Assembly (NCBI GenBank): GCA_013265495.1
Contig: MU058844.1
Span: 1,618,941 to 1,682,940, forward strand
Direction of reading: 5' to 3'
DNA length: 64,000 bases
DNA from: Vicugna vicugna
Lineage: Eukaryota
Shown: piece by piece, positions 51,261 to 64,000 of the stretch
How the letters are laid out: every line of letters begins with the position of its first letter
How positions within the stretch are numbered: position 1 is the stretch's first letter
Position numbers and translations under genes: made by a program
The notes under the pieces: model-generated
The model's input: the letters and a program-made list of their open reading frames with translations, nothing else
Database searches by the model: none
Told to the model about the DNA's origin: nothing

Positions 51261-52729
51261 ATTCTTACCACAATCAGGTGAATTGGTTGTTTGACATCTC
51301 ATGAAGAAAACAATACAAAATATATTGAGTTATCTGTTTTGACTTCATGTCAAACCAGCCTTGCCATCAAAACCTTATTTTGGCTCTCTCAACAATTTCT
51401 AGACATGCTGGTGGCAGTGGAATCAGATAGAATGGGCATGTTTCCTTGAATCTGATTATATTATACACAGTGGAAAAGTAGAAAATCAAATTAGGCCAGT
51501 CAGCCTGCTTGGTAGACTTATAATTTTTGGTTGCCAAAGGACCAAGAAATGCTAGCTCAGCCTTCTGCTCTGGGAACACTGACAGGGCTCATTCTACCTC
51601 ACACATTTAACTTGAATCTTTTATAAGCATCATGGCCGTTTTTTTTGGGTGCTTCATGACTCTCACAACTTGAACATTTAGTAGCTGGAAAGTTCTATTC
51701 AGCAGGTGGGAGCAAAGAATGGTGAATTCAGAGTCACTGCCAGTTCTGTGCCCCATTTTACCCATAAGCTGATAGTGGTTGGAGAAACTCCACTCTAAGC
51801 CTTTATAATTAACATCAGCTACCTTGTCCTAGAATGAGTTTTAAGCATCTGGCCATAGAGATGAAAAAGACAGACTTCCTATTCTGAGGAGCTCACTCAA
51901 AAGTGAACCAACCACTGTCGAAGTCGGAAGAAAGGACATTCATGCATCCCCAGGTGCCTCGCTTCCCCTTTCCACCTGGAGCTTTTCCAAAGTTTTCTCC
52001 TATTTACCTTCAAGCAAGCCATTGCCTTCTCAATTTTATCAGGACATCTTGTAACTTATTTTATCCACTAAACAAAAGAGAAATGAAAAATAATGGACTT
52101 CCTCACCTTCTGTCCCCTCTACCTCAAAATTTATATCTTAGAGTAACTGTACTCAGTTCCTTTCCTTTGATGCTATCTTTATCCCTTACAAGGCTATTAC
52201 TCATTTTCTAAATATCCTCCTTCATGCTTATGCTCTCAATTCCTCATAATCCACGGACACAGCTGGCTCTTTCATACCCCAGTGCCTCTCTGAACTCTTC
52301 CATTCAGCCTAAAACATTCTCCCACACCTGCCCTGCAGGAACACTATTACTCAACTCTTACACCCCATCTTCTGCTCCTTCCTACACTCTGTCCCCTTTC
52401 TTATCTTTTCTTTCTTACATCTTTGACTTCTCCTCTTTTCCACTGTATTTATTTCTTTAGCTTTCAAATTGGTGTAAGTCATCCTAAAGAAAACGTGAAA
52501 AAAACAAAAACAAAAACAACAATGCTTTTCTTAAATGTAACTCATCAAATTATTACCATCTTCTTTTTCCTCTGGATCCTGAAAGATGTATGCTCATTAG
52601 TTTCACTTTCTTTAAAAACATATGACTTGAAACTTTTTTATTATAAAATGAATATAGAAAACTTGGAAAAATGCTTAAGAGTTATAAGAAGAGAAATAAA
52701 CACCATTTGGAAAAATGCTAAGATGATGG

Positions 52730-52985
52730 AAGGCAGTATACTGTTGGCTTAAGTGAGCAGCCTCCAGAGATAGACTCAAGGTTTGAGTCCTGGCTCAGTC
52801 ACACATCAGGTGTGTGACGTTGGCCCAGCAACCTCCCCTCTCTGTGCCTTCATTTCCCTTTGTGCAAAATACATAACAGCAGCCCCTCAGGGAATTGCTG
52901 TGAAAATTAAACAAGTTAATGTAAGTACATCTAAAACCCTTATAATAACTGGCACTAGAAAATAAAACAGTAAGTAGTATTTTTA
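52730..52985 (+). mobile_element. MIR SINE
   Basis: gtttgagtcctggctcagtcac…tgtgtgacgttgg…tctctgtgccttcatttcc…ttgctgtgaaaattaaa. Confidence 0.85.
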
Positions 52986-53915
52986 TAGGTGATATGTATA
53001 TTTCCAATCTTTGCTTTGTACATATACTTCAATACATTTTTATTTGGGATCTTGCAATCCAGATTGTTTAACAGCGTGATTTCCCACTTAACCGTATCGC
53101 ATGTCTCCACTCCCTGAGTCTTTCTTTACTCTTCACCTGACAGCAATGTGGTGGGGGCACCGGTGCTGCCATTCAGCCCCTCGGTCAGAGATCAACCACG
53201 CTCTCCAGCAACAGGTGAAAGGATCATCTCCAATTCTTATCCCTACTGAAGTTTTAATACTATTGACCTCCCCTTACTGAAACTCCTTCCTTAACTTCAT
53301 CGACACTGTTCTCTCATTGTTGCTTTCCACGTGCCTTGGTCTCCTGTGAGCTGTCTGCCTTCTGCTGTTTGTTAAGACTGCTAAACACTGTCCGTTCTTT
53401 TCCAGAACACTCGGTGCCTCTTTCCTGCCTCATGCTCAGCTTCTCCACTGTGTGTACCACCTGCCCATCAAACTTAAGATTTTCAAAACTAACCTTATTT
53501 AAAAAAAAAAAATCTTAATTTCATTGTTCACCCAATCACAGTTAATGGCCTTGCCACCCAGCCAGCCATCTAAGTCACTTTAAAACCTTTTCTTTCCCCT
53601 TGAGAATATTCTCGCTCAAAGCACTTTACATTGCGTGGAACACAACATCTCTAAGTCCTCCACACCTCAGAACCCATCTCTCACATCTCTTCTTATTCAT
53701 CAGTTTCTATCTCAACCATTGGTACTGAAATCCACCTGGTTTCCCCAGCCAGAAACACTGGAGTTGTCCTCACTTTCTAACCTCACTTCCTCCTCCACTT
53801 CCTCCAAATATGACTTCCTGTCACTGTGGCCTCCTTCCTATCTACCCCTAACTCCTCTGCTCTGCTTTATGTGAGATCCTCACGCTCCTCTGCCCACGTT
53901 ATTGCAATGGCCTCT

Positions 53916-54285
53916 TGTGGCAGGGTGAATAGTGGTTCACAAAAGTGCATGTCCACCTGGAACCTCAGAATTTGCCTTTATTTGGAAATAGCATCTTTGC
54001 AAATGTGCTTAAAGAAAGAATCAAGATAAGGTCATTCTGGATTAGGATGTGAGTGTCCCTGTAAGAGACAGAAAAAGAGACACAGAGACACAAACAGGGA
54101 AGAAGGCCATGTGAAGATGGAGCCGGAGATCAAAATGATGCCACAAGCCAGTGAGTGCCAGGAGCCAGCAAAAGCTGGACGAGGCAAGGAAGATTCTCCT
54201 CTAGAGAACCTTGATACCTAGATTAAATTCCTTAAGCCACAAAGTTAGGCGTAATTTGTTATGGCAGCTCTAGGAAACTAATACA
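53916..54285 (+). mobile_element. MLT1C-like solo LTR with internal deletions, inserted in L2
   Basis: tgtggcagggtgaatagtgg…ccttatttggaaatag…ggccatgtgaagatggag…atttgttatggcagctctaggaaactaataca. Confidence 0.9.
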
Positions 54286-55578
54286 ACTCCCAATGAGTTT
54301 TCCCAATAAATCCATCCTCTGTGCTTCCACCAGAACTATCACACCACACGATATCTCTGATTAATGTCTTTCAATAAAATACATAAAGCTCTTCTCAACC
54401 TGGCTTCTCTTCCTTTTCTTATTCTCCTCCTGCACTCCTTATACTCCTGACCACCTGTCGCCCCTGAGCACATGTTTTGTTCACACCTAAGTGTTTCAGA
54501 ATTCTGCCTCTCTGCTTGGAATTCTCTTACCAGCTTTTCTTCCTCATGCTATTAGTCATCTATCACAGCCCAGCCTGGGAATAGCCTCCTCTGTGTGGTC
54601 CATCTTGACTCTTCTCTGTCAAGTTCATGTTTTGCATTTTCTTCTATTACTATTTTTTATCACACTCTGTAATTGTTTGTTTATATTCTCTTATTCATCT
54701 TTATAGCCCAACACATAGTAGGTACTCAATATATATTTATTGAATGAAAGAATTCCTTCCTTATAAATTACACATAATTAAATGTATATCAGTTTTAATT
54801 AAAAAATCATTTTTTGAGTCTTTCCTCCCAATTTGCTCCCCAGTCTTGCTCTCTTGGTTCAAGAGTTCAACTCTCTCTCTTAAATGGGTTTCCGGCCTCC
54901 ACAGCTCTGGTTTCTACTTTGTTTCTTCTTCTGCCATTACAAGGATCTTTCTGAAAGCCATCTGGGATCCTGTCATTTATTTGCTAAGCTGGAAACTTCA
55001 ACAATTTCCCATGATGTCAAGGATAAAGCCCAAACTTTATTCCATGATTTGTACAGTTGTCCTACTCTCTCCATCATAAATACTGGGCATCAATTTCACT
55101 GGATGTCCTACAAATTTTTAAGCCCTTCTCTAGGTTTGTGTCTTCAGATCTTTGTTCTTCAGCTTTCTCCCCCAGTAGGAGAAAAGATGACTCCCCAGTA
55201 GAGTCATCTTCCTCCTCAAGGAAGCTCAAGTGTCTCCTCTTTGAGATTCTTCTCAGGCCCTAGGGTGGGCATGAGGGAGTTCATTACTCTTTCTCCCATC
55301 TTCTTGCAGAACTCTGTCCCAACTTCTTCATTAACACTCAGTACAGTGTAGCACAGTTGGTATACAATACCTATCTGTCTCTCTCTCTCTGAGCTGTTCC
55401 ACACAAATGGTGAGAATTTCTAAATTTGGGACCTTCTTTGTAGTCCTGATATCCAGCAAAGAATAGGTGCTCAGTAAGTATTATTTCAGAGCTGGGTAAT
55501 TCTTCTTCCCCATAAGGATTTCGCTAGTTTGTTTTCAAGCATAATATATAAACATAAAAACACACAGAAGTGTACAAT

Positions 55579-55960
55579 TGGGATGGTTAATTTTATGTGT
55601 CAACTTGGCTAGGCCACAGTACCCAACTGGATGTCTCTGAAGCTGTTTAAAGATGAGAGTAACATTTAAATCAGTAGCCTCTGAATAAAGAAGATTATTC
55701 TTCATAATGTGGGTGGGCCTCATCCAATCAGTGGAAGATCTTAATAGGAAAAAAGATTGACTTTGTCTGAGGAAGAGGAAATTCTTCCAGAAGATAGCCT
55801 TTGGACAAAACTGCAACTCTTCCCTAGATCCCCAGCCTGGGGACCTACTCTGAAGATTTTGGACTAGGCAGCCTCTACAATCCCATGAGCCAGTTCCTAA
55901 AATAAATCTCTTTGTGCACATCTAATGGTTCTATTTTTCTGGAGAATCCTGATGAATACA
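55579..55960 (+). mobile_element. MLT2D-like ERV-L solo LTR
   Basis: tgggatggttaattttatgtgtcaacttggctaggcc…tgggtgggcctcatccaatcagt…tctggagaatcctga..aataca. TSD acaat/acagt. Confidence 0.9.
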
Positions 55961-56124
55961 ACAGTCGACACATACTTCTATCACCTGAAACATTTCATTA
56001 GTTCTCTCTCCACACAAAAGTTTCCAAAACACAATGACACAAAAATAGTTAAAAACTCCATGAGCTTAGATTTGGAAATGTTTGTGAAAGTGTGTTTGTG
56101 ACCTAGTAGCCCTAAAGTCGCCCT

Positions 56125-56325
56125 GAGCCTGAGTTTGAATCCTGGCTCTAGCAGCTGGGTGATCGTGGTCAAGTTACTTAGCCTTTTGGTTTTCTATGAC
56201 TTCATTTTCAAATGAGATTAATTTACCTAGCTATTGTGAAGAGCACATGATTTATAACAAAAACACGGGAAGTGCTTAAAACAGTGCCCGGCACATAATA
56301 AGTGCTCCATGAATGTTAACTGTCA
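56125..56325 (+). mobile_element. MIR SINE
   Basis: gagtttgaatcctggctc…caagttactta…gtgcttaaaacagtgcccggcacataataagtgctc. Confidence 0.88.
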
Positions 56326-59300
56326 TGTTTACAATGTCTGCTCTGATTGCCTAGTTGCTTCAGTTTACTCACTTCCCCTTGTTAATTTACCACTGAGAAG
56401 AACTGGAATTATGTTTTTCTGAAACTCCTAGTCTAGATATCAATACACAATAATGTATTCATTATTATAAAATTCAACTATTGAATTTTTTGAGTGGCTT
56501 ATGTTTTTTGATATAATGATATTATATATGTATTCCTATGGTGATATTTTTTGGTTGCTTATTGCTTAAACGAGCCTGTCTTCTTTGATTCTAGGATATA
56601 GGAAATGTGAAAAGTTCAAGTATATTGGTAAAATGAAAGATATTTTCATTTATTAAAGCTATAATCAAGACAGAAAGCATTAATTAAGCAATTACTTAAG
56701 GGAATAAAAATGTTGTTTTTGAGTTTGCCAACTATTCTTCCCTGCAGAGGGGTTGCTAGAGTTCTGTCTTGAACTATAACATATGTAAATACATATGTAA
56801 TTAGAGCCAACTCTAGGTTTTCCTTACTTATGAAAGAAAACAGTGGTTCAAAAAAAAATCTCAAATTTGGCTTGGTGTGGAATTGGACCACATGATTTAG
56901 GGGGAATAATTGATTCATTTGGAATATGTATGTATGTTTTAAAACTTAATCTAAAACAAGACAAAAATCAATTTTTATTTCTTAGCACAGTCCTGCTTAT
57001 TATTTAAAGAATTTGTTTCAGAATTGTGTTAATAAGATAGGAGTCAATCAAGAAAAAAGAAATGTGTGTGTGTGTGTTTTCACATACCAATTCCAAAAGA
57101 CATTGCTTTTTCCTCATTACTTTCTGTTTTCCACTGATGGTATTGAATTCCTCTTGCCCATACTTGATAATGCATCATGTCCCTAAGGCATATACTAAAT
57201 GTTGAAAGAAAACATTCTTTTCCCCCCTCTTTGAGTATGTGAAAGATTGATGATGAAGACACTTTCCATCTTCTCTCATGCAGTTCTCTCTTTAGATCAT
57301 TACTAGTAATTTGGCAATCAAGTGCACTTGAAAGATGTAGATGAAATAATCCTCATTCTTTTTATCAGTGGCAAAAGAATTTCTGATTTACAAGTGGATT
57401 GAGAAACATACACACATTTCACTGAAATATGTTAATAACTATATAAAAATACATACACATAAATGATAAACTGAGCATAAAGCAATATAAACTAAAAGGA
57501 CCCATATCCTTTAAGTCATTTAAGTCACTTCCCATCTTCCAATCAGGCTTCATTAAATCAATACAGATTGATGAGTGTTTATCTCTTTCTTGTAAATTTT
57601 CAGGAAGAAAAGTGCCTCATTTAAGAGGTAATTATTACCTATATGTGTATATATATGCATATATATATCATATGCTATTTTTAAAAATTCAAATTAAGTT
57701 TTAACTTGTTTTGACTTTGCATTAAATATTTGCTTCTTTTTGACTTCTGACAGGACAACCTCACTATAGCCTTGAGAAATCAGAATTGTTCCCCCATTTT
57801 GTAGAGAGAAAAAAATGAGACACAGACTTGCCTTAATTCCAGAGAATTAATTTTTAAAGAAGGTTTTGCTTTTTTTAAAATTTAATACTAGGGTTTTTTG
57901 TCAATCCAAGTTTTTTTTTTTAAGTCTAAATCATTTCTCACAAAATTATTATGAATGGAGGGAAATCCTCAGGTGGCATAATTTTTTCTCTCTCACACCT
58001 TATCTTTTCCACCAAAATTTTTCTTTCATGTTTTAATAAAACTTGCTTAGAATCACACTCCATTGATACAATATGGTAAACACAGGTTAACCCAGGCCCT
58101 CATTGACAGTATTTCTGTATGTAAAAATCAGTTATTTATTTGAAATCTTTGTGCTTGGGTATTTCGTAGGCTTGCAGACAAATGTTGATGCATCTGGTGA
58201 ATTTTCTCAGCTTCCAAAGGAAGCTTAAGGAACAAACCAGAAACCCTTTGAAAGAGGAGCCCACTAGATACTGCGGTAGTTGTTTCACATCCATGGTCAG
58301 CTTAGTTTGGCTGCCTTCCAGAGCCTGGAATGAGAAACGTTCCCTGGTAGTTTCGTCAAGCCCTTCTTATAAATGACCTTCATCGTTATCTTTAACTAAA
58401 CTCTTTATCCTTCATATTCCTGCTTTTTATCCCCACTCTGACTCCACTCCAACTTTCCTCTTTTTTCTTTCAACCTAACATTAACATTTAGGGGGCTGAA
58501 GTGGAATAATTTTATCAGAGCCTTTTTCCTTTGACTGATAAGCAGAACCTTACTTCTATGTCTCTGAATGCCTAATTTCCAATCAGGCCTTTCCTCTCAT
58601 CTCTCTTAGGCTCCAGTTCCTCCTTCAGTGCAAAAGTTTCCCTTAATGCGTTCAACAGATGCTTCTTCCCAATGCCATCTTTTCAGAGCACTGAGAAGTG
58701 CTCTATTGTGGAGCCTGGCGGATATGCTTGAATATACAAACACAGCAATACTTCTTTTCTTTATTGACTTGCACTGAAATCTGTGCCTCTACTAAATAAA
58801 ACATTTTGCCATCCCAGTATCAGGCCGCCCATGTGCTGAGACATTTGTGTCTCCTTTAAATGCATCAAAACTTCCCAGGTTTGCCTCCAACAATATTTTA
58901 ACAGATAACACACTGCCAAAACCCGATCAAACGCTTTCCAAATCTTCTCGACAGCATTATTGATGGCAGATGGTTAGCCTCCACATTTCACCAAACCGTG
59001 GGACAGTATTAGAAATAACACTGCCTCTATATGATTATGTAGGAGGATAGCATATGTAATTCCTGTTCAACTCTTGACCCTTGCAAGAACATAAACATTT
59101 AGAAGAGTTCCAGAATACTAGAAGAGCTATAATTGCACATGATTTTATGTGAACTGTTTACTTACTGATCCTCTTAGCTGAAGGGGAATTATTAGCTTTT
59201 CTTTTCATAGGAATCGTAAGTGTCATTCCACTATATTTATAATGCTCATTCTCAGAGGTTACCAAAGAAAGGAATTTTTCATAAGTGAAAATGCTCTGAA

Positions 59301-59478
59301 AATAGATGTACTCAGGACTTGAAAATGCAATTTATTAGAAGTCTGTTTTTGTGTCCAGTAAGGAATTTTTAAACCAGAAATAAAATGATGTATTTTTTCT
59401 AGTTACTGTTTGGTACTCCGTGCATATTAATTCTTGATCTGTAAGCATCAAAAAAACCATTAATAGTGCATAAACTGT

Positions 59479-59642
59479 GATAAACAACAAGGCCTCACTG
59501 TATAGCACAGGGAATTATATTCAATATCTTATAGTAGTAACCCATAATGAAAAAGAATACATATATATGCATAACTGAATCACTATGCTGTACACCAGAA
59601 CCTAACACAACATTGTAAATCAAATATACTTCAATTAAAAAA
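59479..59642 (+). mobile_element. Short cetartiodactyl-type L1 3' end
   Basis: ctgtatagcacagggaattatattcaatatctt…aactgaatcactatgctgtacaccagaa…cattgtaaatcaa..atacttcaattaaaa. Degenerate TSD tgcataaactgt/tgcatgaaatgt. Confidence 0.88.
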
Positions 59643-59949
59643 TTGCATGAAATGTGTTACTAATGTAGCTGCTTATGTAAAAATTTTAAAATTTGTAGGA
59701 AAGTTATAACTTAAATAAGTCTCTTGGGCACCAAAATGTGCCATCATGATACGTAGCTTACCATGGATGTGTGAAATGGTTGTCATGTTCCCTAACCTGG
59801 CTTTAGCTCTATTAGTTATATTTACTAGCTTTATAAAAGTGGAAGTTTCTTAAAAATCTAGTGCAATTTCCTCATCTTTAAAATGGGGATGGGAGAATGC
59901 TCATTTACATTGTGGATTTAGAATAAAGACTGAACAGAGGTAAGAGAGT

Positions 59950-60530
59950 GAATCATGCTGGTGTCTTTGGAAAGGACAGGGAGGCAGAGTGAGAAGCAGT
60001 TGGAAAGACTCTGACGAGGAACCTCAGCTAGTACATTCCAGTGATATCAAAAAGGCTGGTCTTTTTGCAGACAAGCTCCTCAAGGGGGAGAGTAGTAGGA
60101 GATGAAGTCAGAGAGGTAGATGGCAGTGGACTGGACTGTGTAGACTCATAGACCAATGGAATGTGTTGAGCTTTCACTTGTGAATTTGAAGATTTTTAGC
60201 AAGAGGATGAAAATATCCGATCAGCATTTTAACAGGATTATTTTCGTTACTATCTGGAGAGTACACAGTAGGGAGGGCAAGTAGGGAAAGAGAGTTAGGA
60301 GACTTTTCCTGTAATCACAGTAGGAGATGATATGCTCTTAGACCAGGATATAACAGTAAAGATGGCGCAAAGTGAACACATTGAGAATCTATTTTGAAGC
60401 TAAAGCCAAGAAGACTTATTGGCAAATTAGATGTGAGAAAGGAAAGAACAGAGAACTAAGTTTTATATATCCAGATCTTTTAAAGATGAAGTTACCATTA
60501 ACTATTTGGGAAGTCTGAAGGTGGGAAATG
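59950..60530 (-). mobile_element. L2 fragment
   Basis: agtagtaggagatgaagtcagagaggt…ttttaacaggatta…tattttgaagctaaagcca. Confidence 0.8.
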
Positions 60531-60589
60531 AAAATACCTACATGGCATTTAAGCATAAATGGTTTTTCCTGTGCATATTTTTCTGCCAC

Positions 60590-60905
60590 ATGAGTATTTT
60601 TTTTTCACTTGAAAGTATATGGTAGAAAGTTCCATAGGTTATCTAGAATTCCTTGGTACTTTTAATCGTTGCATAATACTTTATATTCAATACCCTCTTG
60701 ATGAAACTTAGATCATCCTCAATTTTATCACTATTATCAACAGTTATGTAACCAACATCCTGGGCTTGCCGCTTTGTGCATGTATGTGAATAGTACCCTG
60801 GAGTCAATACTGATAACCAAAGTTGTTGGCTATGCACCATGAAAGTTTAACTGATACTTCACATTTTCTTCTATTAAGCTGGTTCCTGTTTATAGTCTCA
60901 CTAAT
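60590..60905 (-). mobile_element. Old L1 fragment
   Basis: tttaatcgttgcataatac…ttgatgaaacttag…aacatcctggg…tgtgcatgtatgtga. Confidence 0.5.
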
Positions 60906-61289
60906 AGAGGAAAAGAAGGAAAGAAATTAAAACATTTTTCTTTTTAGTTAAGATAGACAGGAAAAGTGTGCAAAAGATAATTTCCTAGTGTTTCTTTGGC
61001 ATAAATGAAGCACTGGCAAAATGTTATGGATTGCTTAATTTATCAATTATTTATTATTCCAGACATACTTCTGGGTAGTGAGCATATATCCGTGAGGAAG
61101 CTGACAATGTTACTGCTGTGATGGAGATAAAAAATCTAGAGGGTATAAATGTTGTGGACTCTGGGTTTTGTTTGGACTGTCTAATATATTAAACAGTATT
61201 TTATGTGACTCAATTTCTCTCATATTCTGCAACTGCCATGTTTCTCTCTGAGACATTGGAAATATACACCAAAAATAGTTTTAAAACTT

Positions 61290-62080
61290 TTTGCAAAAAA
61301 AATGCAATAAGCAAAATACAATGATTAATGACAAATTGGGAAAATATTTTCAATTTATAACACTAAGATTGAAATCCCTAATATATAAAATTTGTTTAAA
61401 ATGGGGGAAAAATACTAATAAGGACAACTCAATGAAAGTAATATAAACAGCCCCAAAACATACGAATGAGATGCTTAAACTCTCACAGTGACAGACTTGC
61501 AAATGAAAACCACAATGAGATAAAAATTTTCACTTATCAGTCTGCCAAATCAAGGACTGTGACCACTAACTTTTGGCACAGCTCTGGGGAAACAGGCACT
61601 TTCATTTATTGCTGGTGGAAATGCAAAATGCTACTCAAAGGGAGTTTGGAAATGGCCAGCAAAAATCTCTTTATTCTCATACCTAGCAATTCCTTCTAGG
61701 AATTTACCTGAAGATCCCTTTGCAAAAATACAAAATGATGTGTGTACAAACATATTGATTCTGACAACATTTAAAATAGCAAAAGCCTAGAAACAACTTA
61801 AGTCCATTCATAGTGAACTGGTTCAATAAATTATATAATATATCCACATAATACAGTACCTACCCTCTGTAAAATCTGATGAGGAAATCTCTATATACTG
61901 ATATGAGGTAACTCCAAAGTATTTAGTTAAGTGAGAAAATAATACAGAAAATTCAGGAGTAATGATGGAGGAACCAATATGGAAGTAAGAATTCTCTGGA
62001 TATACTCTGCAACATGTTTTCATTTTGAAATCATTTAACGTTTTACAGAATTTTTGAAATAAAATTAAATAAAAATAATC
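61290..62080 (+). mobile_element. L1MC/ME-type ORF2 end/3'UTR
   Basis: gcaaatgaaaaccacaatgagata…gctggtggaaatgcaaaatg…cctagcaattccttctaggaattta…aatagcaaaagcctagaaacaac. Confidence 0.8.
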
Positions 62081-62119
62081 ATCTTTAACAGTTTTTTTTC
62101 CTATTTCCTCTATAGATTG

Positions 62120-62470
62120 GGCCTTTTCTTTCATTTTATATCCTAACTGGGTTTTTATTATTTAATAAATGATACTGATTTCAGCATATTACTTCTATAT
62201 TCTATAACCTTATTGAATTCTATCACTTTCTTTTTTGTGTGATTGATTCTTTTGCATTACCAATTATACAATTAGATAATCAGAAAAAGAGTTTTACTTC
62301 TTCCATTCCAATGTTTGAGATTTTTTTTACTCTAAACTTTTACTCTTGCAAACTGTGTTGGCTCTGGGTCTCAGTATAATGTTAAATGTAATGGTGACTG
62401 TGGATACCCTTGTCTTTTTCCTCACTGTAGAAGAAATGCTTCTGTGGGTCCATTAATTAAAATGCTACAA
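62120..62470 (-). mobile_element. Old L1 ORF2 fragment
   Basis: ttttacttcttccattccaat…cagtataatgttaaatgtaatggtga…cccttgtctttttcct. Confidence 0.7.
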
Positions 62471-62593
62471 TTGAAAAAAGAATATATTCTCCAGTCTCCT
62501 CCTTTTTAAAAGTTGTGCTATGGTATTTGATATATAATCATTAATACCACATTTTCATTTTCAATCGCAATCTTAACTATTATAAAGTGCCTG

Positions 62594-62746
62594 TCCCTCC
62601 CTCCCTCCCTCTCTCCCTCCCTTCCTCCCTTCCTTCCTTCCTTCCTCCCTCCCTCCCTCTTTCCTTCCTTCCTTTCCTTCTCTTCCCTTTCCCTCTTTCT
62701 TTCCCTCTTTCTTCCCTTCTTTCTTTCTCTTTCTTTCTTTCTTTCT
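62594..62746. repeat. 153-bp pure polypyrimidine (TCCC/TTCC/TTTC)n tract
   Basis: No purine on the + strand across the interval. Confidence 0.95.
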
Positions 62747-63030
62747 AGCAGCTTAAAAACAACAGAAACATCTGTTCTTCACAGTTCTGAAGACTGGAAA
62801 GGAGCCAGCATGGCTGGGGGAGGGTCCTCGTCTGGGTTGGAGACTTCCTTGTTGTGTCCTCACGTGAGGAATGGGCTAGGAATCTCTCCAGACTTGCTTT
62901 CATAAGGGCACTGATTCTATTTGTGAGGGCTCTGCCCATCCCAGAGGTCCCTCCTCCTAATAGCATCATATTTGGCACTGGGATTTAGCATGTGAATTTT
63001 CAGGGGGTTGCAAACATTCAGCCCATGGTT
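62747..63030 (-). mobile_element. MLT1A/MLT1A0 LTR
   Basis: gcttaaaaacaacagaaa…tcacagttctgaagactggaa…cataagggcactgattc…tgtgaatttt…aaacattcagccca. Confidence 0.85.
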
Positions 63031-63034
63031 GATA

Positions 63035-63700
63035 CAAGCCTTATTTTTTTCCTTTATAAGAGTATTAATGTTTTTGTCCATCCAATGAATTTTTTCTTTA
63101 TCTTTAAAGCCCAATAATTTTATTAGGATATGTCTTGGGGCCAATTTGTCTTGGAACACAGTCAATATACAGATTCACATCTTTTAGTTCAAACAATTTT
63201 TTTAAATTATGTTTTACAGTATTAATTCTCTCCCAGTGTTTTCCTTCCTTAGAACTTCAATTATGCACGTATGAAATTTCCTTTACTTGTCTTCTGTATC
63301 CATCATTGAAGATTTATTTGTTTCCATTTCCTTGTTTGTTTGTTTTCCTTACTTCTATTTGTCAGAACCTTTACAAAAGTCTCCATGCCATCATTTTTTT
63401 TTCATTTTGAAATAATTTTCTTTTCCTGAATTCTGTCAATTCCTTTTTTACCTTTTCAGGTTTTCTAGGCATTACCTTTAACAGTTTGACTATGTTATTC
63501 CAGAGCATTTGTATTTCTACTTTGTAATCTTTCTTCCTGGTTACAAATAATTCACTGTTACTTAAAAAATTCTTATTGGAATATTCAATTATGATTTTTA
63601 TCTGCTATATAGTATAAAGTATTTTAGTAAGTGTTCCTTCGTATTGGAAAATTATAATTTTTCACGTCTTTTCTTACACTATTTTCTTATTTTTGTCTTT
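63035..63700 (-). mobile_element. Ancient L1/HAL1 ORF1 fragment
   Basis: Minus-strand peptide PRHILIKLLGFKDKEKI matches the L1 ORF1p motif PRHIIV.F…KEKIL. Confidence 0.75.
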
Positions 63701-64000
63701 GGTTTTCATATATAAATGACAGCAAAATGTCCCAGAATGTTCCAGCATGAGATGGAGTGGGGTGAGAGCAGGAATGGTTTCCCAGATTCACAACCCCAGC
63801 TAGAATGATAGGAACACTGGTGTGATATAGAAACTGACCAATTTAGAACAGACATCTTAGCCAACCATTACAACTCTTAAAATAAAAAAAAAATCAGCAG
63901 TGAGTTTATGTTGAAAATCAGTCCTAGTCTCAAAAACCTTTCTTTATAGCGTGGTACTTCTATGTCAGCACCCTTCCTTTGCCTCGAATCTAATGTGGCT

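Larger units (their letters stand above)
52020..55485 (+). mobile_element. Cluster of degraded L2 fragments, interrupted by MIR and MLT1C
   Basis: Pyrimidine-rich L2 body motifs (ttgaaactccttc, cagccagaaacactggagt) and L2 tails (cacatagtaggtactcaat…ttgaatgaa near 54748; taggtgctcagtaag near 55475). Confidence 0.65.

Noticed and set aside
1..64000. The many 60-137 aa ORFs in the six-frame track as genes
   Set aside because: They are short, low-complexity or inside repeats. The only recognisable ones (47212-47625, 62917-63165, 4589-4786, 61466-61699) are decayed L1 ORF1/ORF2 pieces.
1..64000. CRISPR array or prokaryotic/phage system
   Set aside because: There is no repeat-spacer periodicity and no operon-like ORFs. 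The sequence is mammalian with typical interspersed repeats.

Overview
AT-rich, CpG-poor mammalian non-coding DNA, most likely from a camelid (alpaca/camel). This rests on two tRNA-derived SINEs of the camelid (vic-1-like) type, cetartiodactyl-type L1 3' ends, and no recognisable Alu, B1/B2, BovB/Bov-tA, PRE1 or SINEC. By eye, roughly half of the window is interspersed repeats: L1 of several ages, L2, MIR, MLT1/MLT2 solo LTRs, one ERV1-class solo LTR, an ERV-L pol fragment and hAT MER elements, several of them nested with readable target-site duplications (TSDs). No intact protein-coding gene is present; the listed ORFs are L1 remnants or chance ORFs. The best non-repeat leads are a possible pair of final + strand coding exons at the window start (…GLENHCRLDFVNLTIF*), a strong CTCF motif, an AG|GTAAG splice junction, and several repeat-free, motif-dense blocks that look like conserved enhancers. 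I found no convincing previously undescribed biological system. Repeat subfamily names come from recalled consensus sequences, and boundaries are approximate unless a TSD is given.
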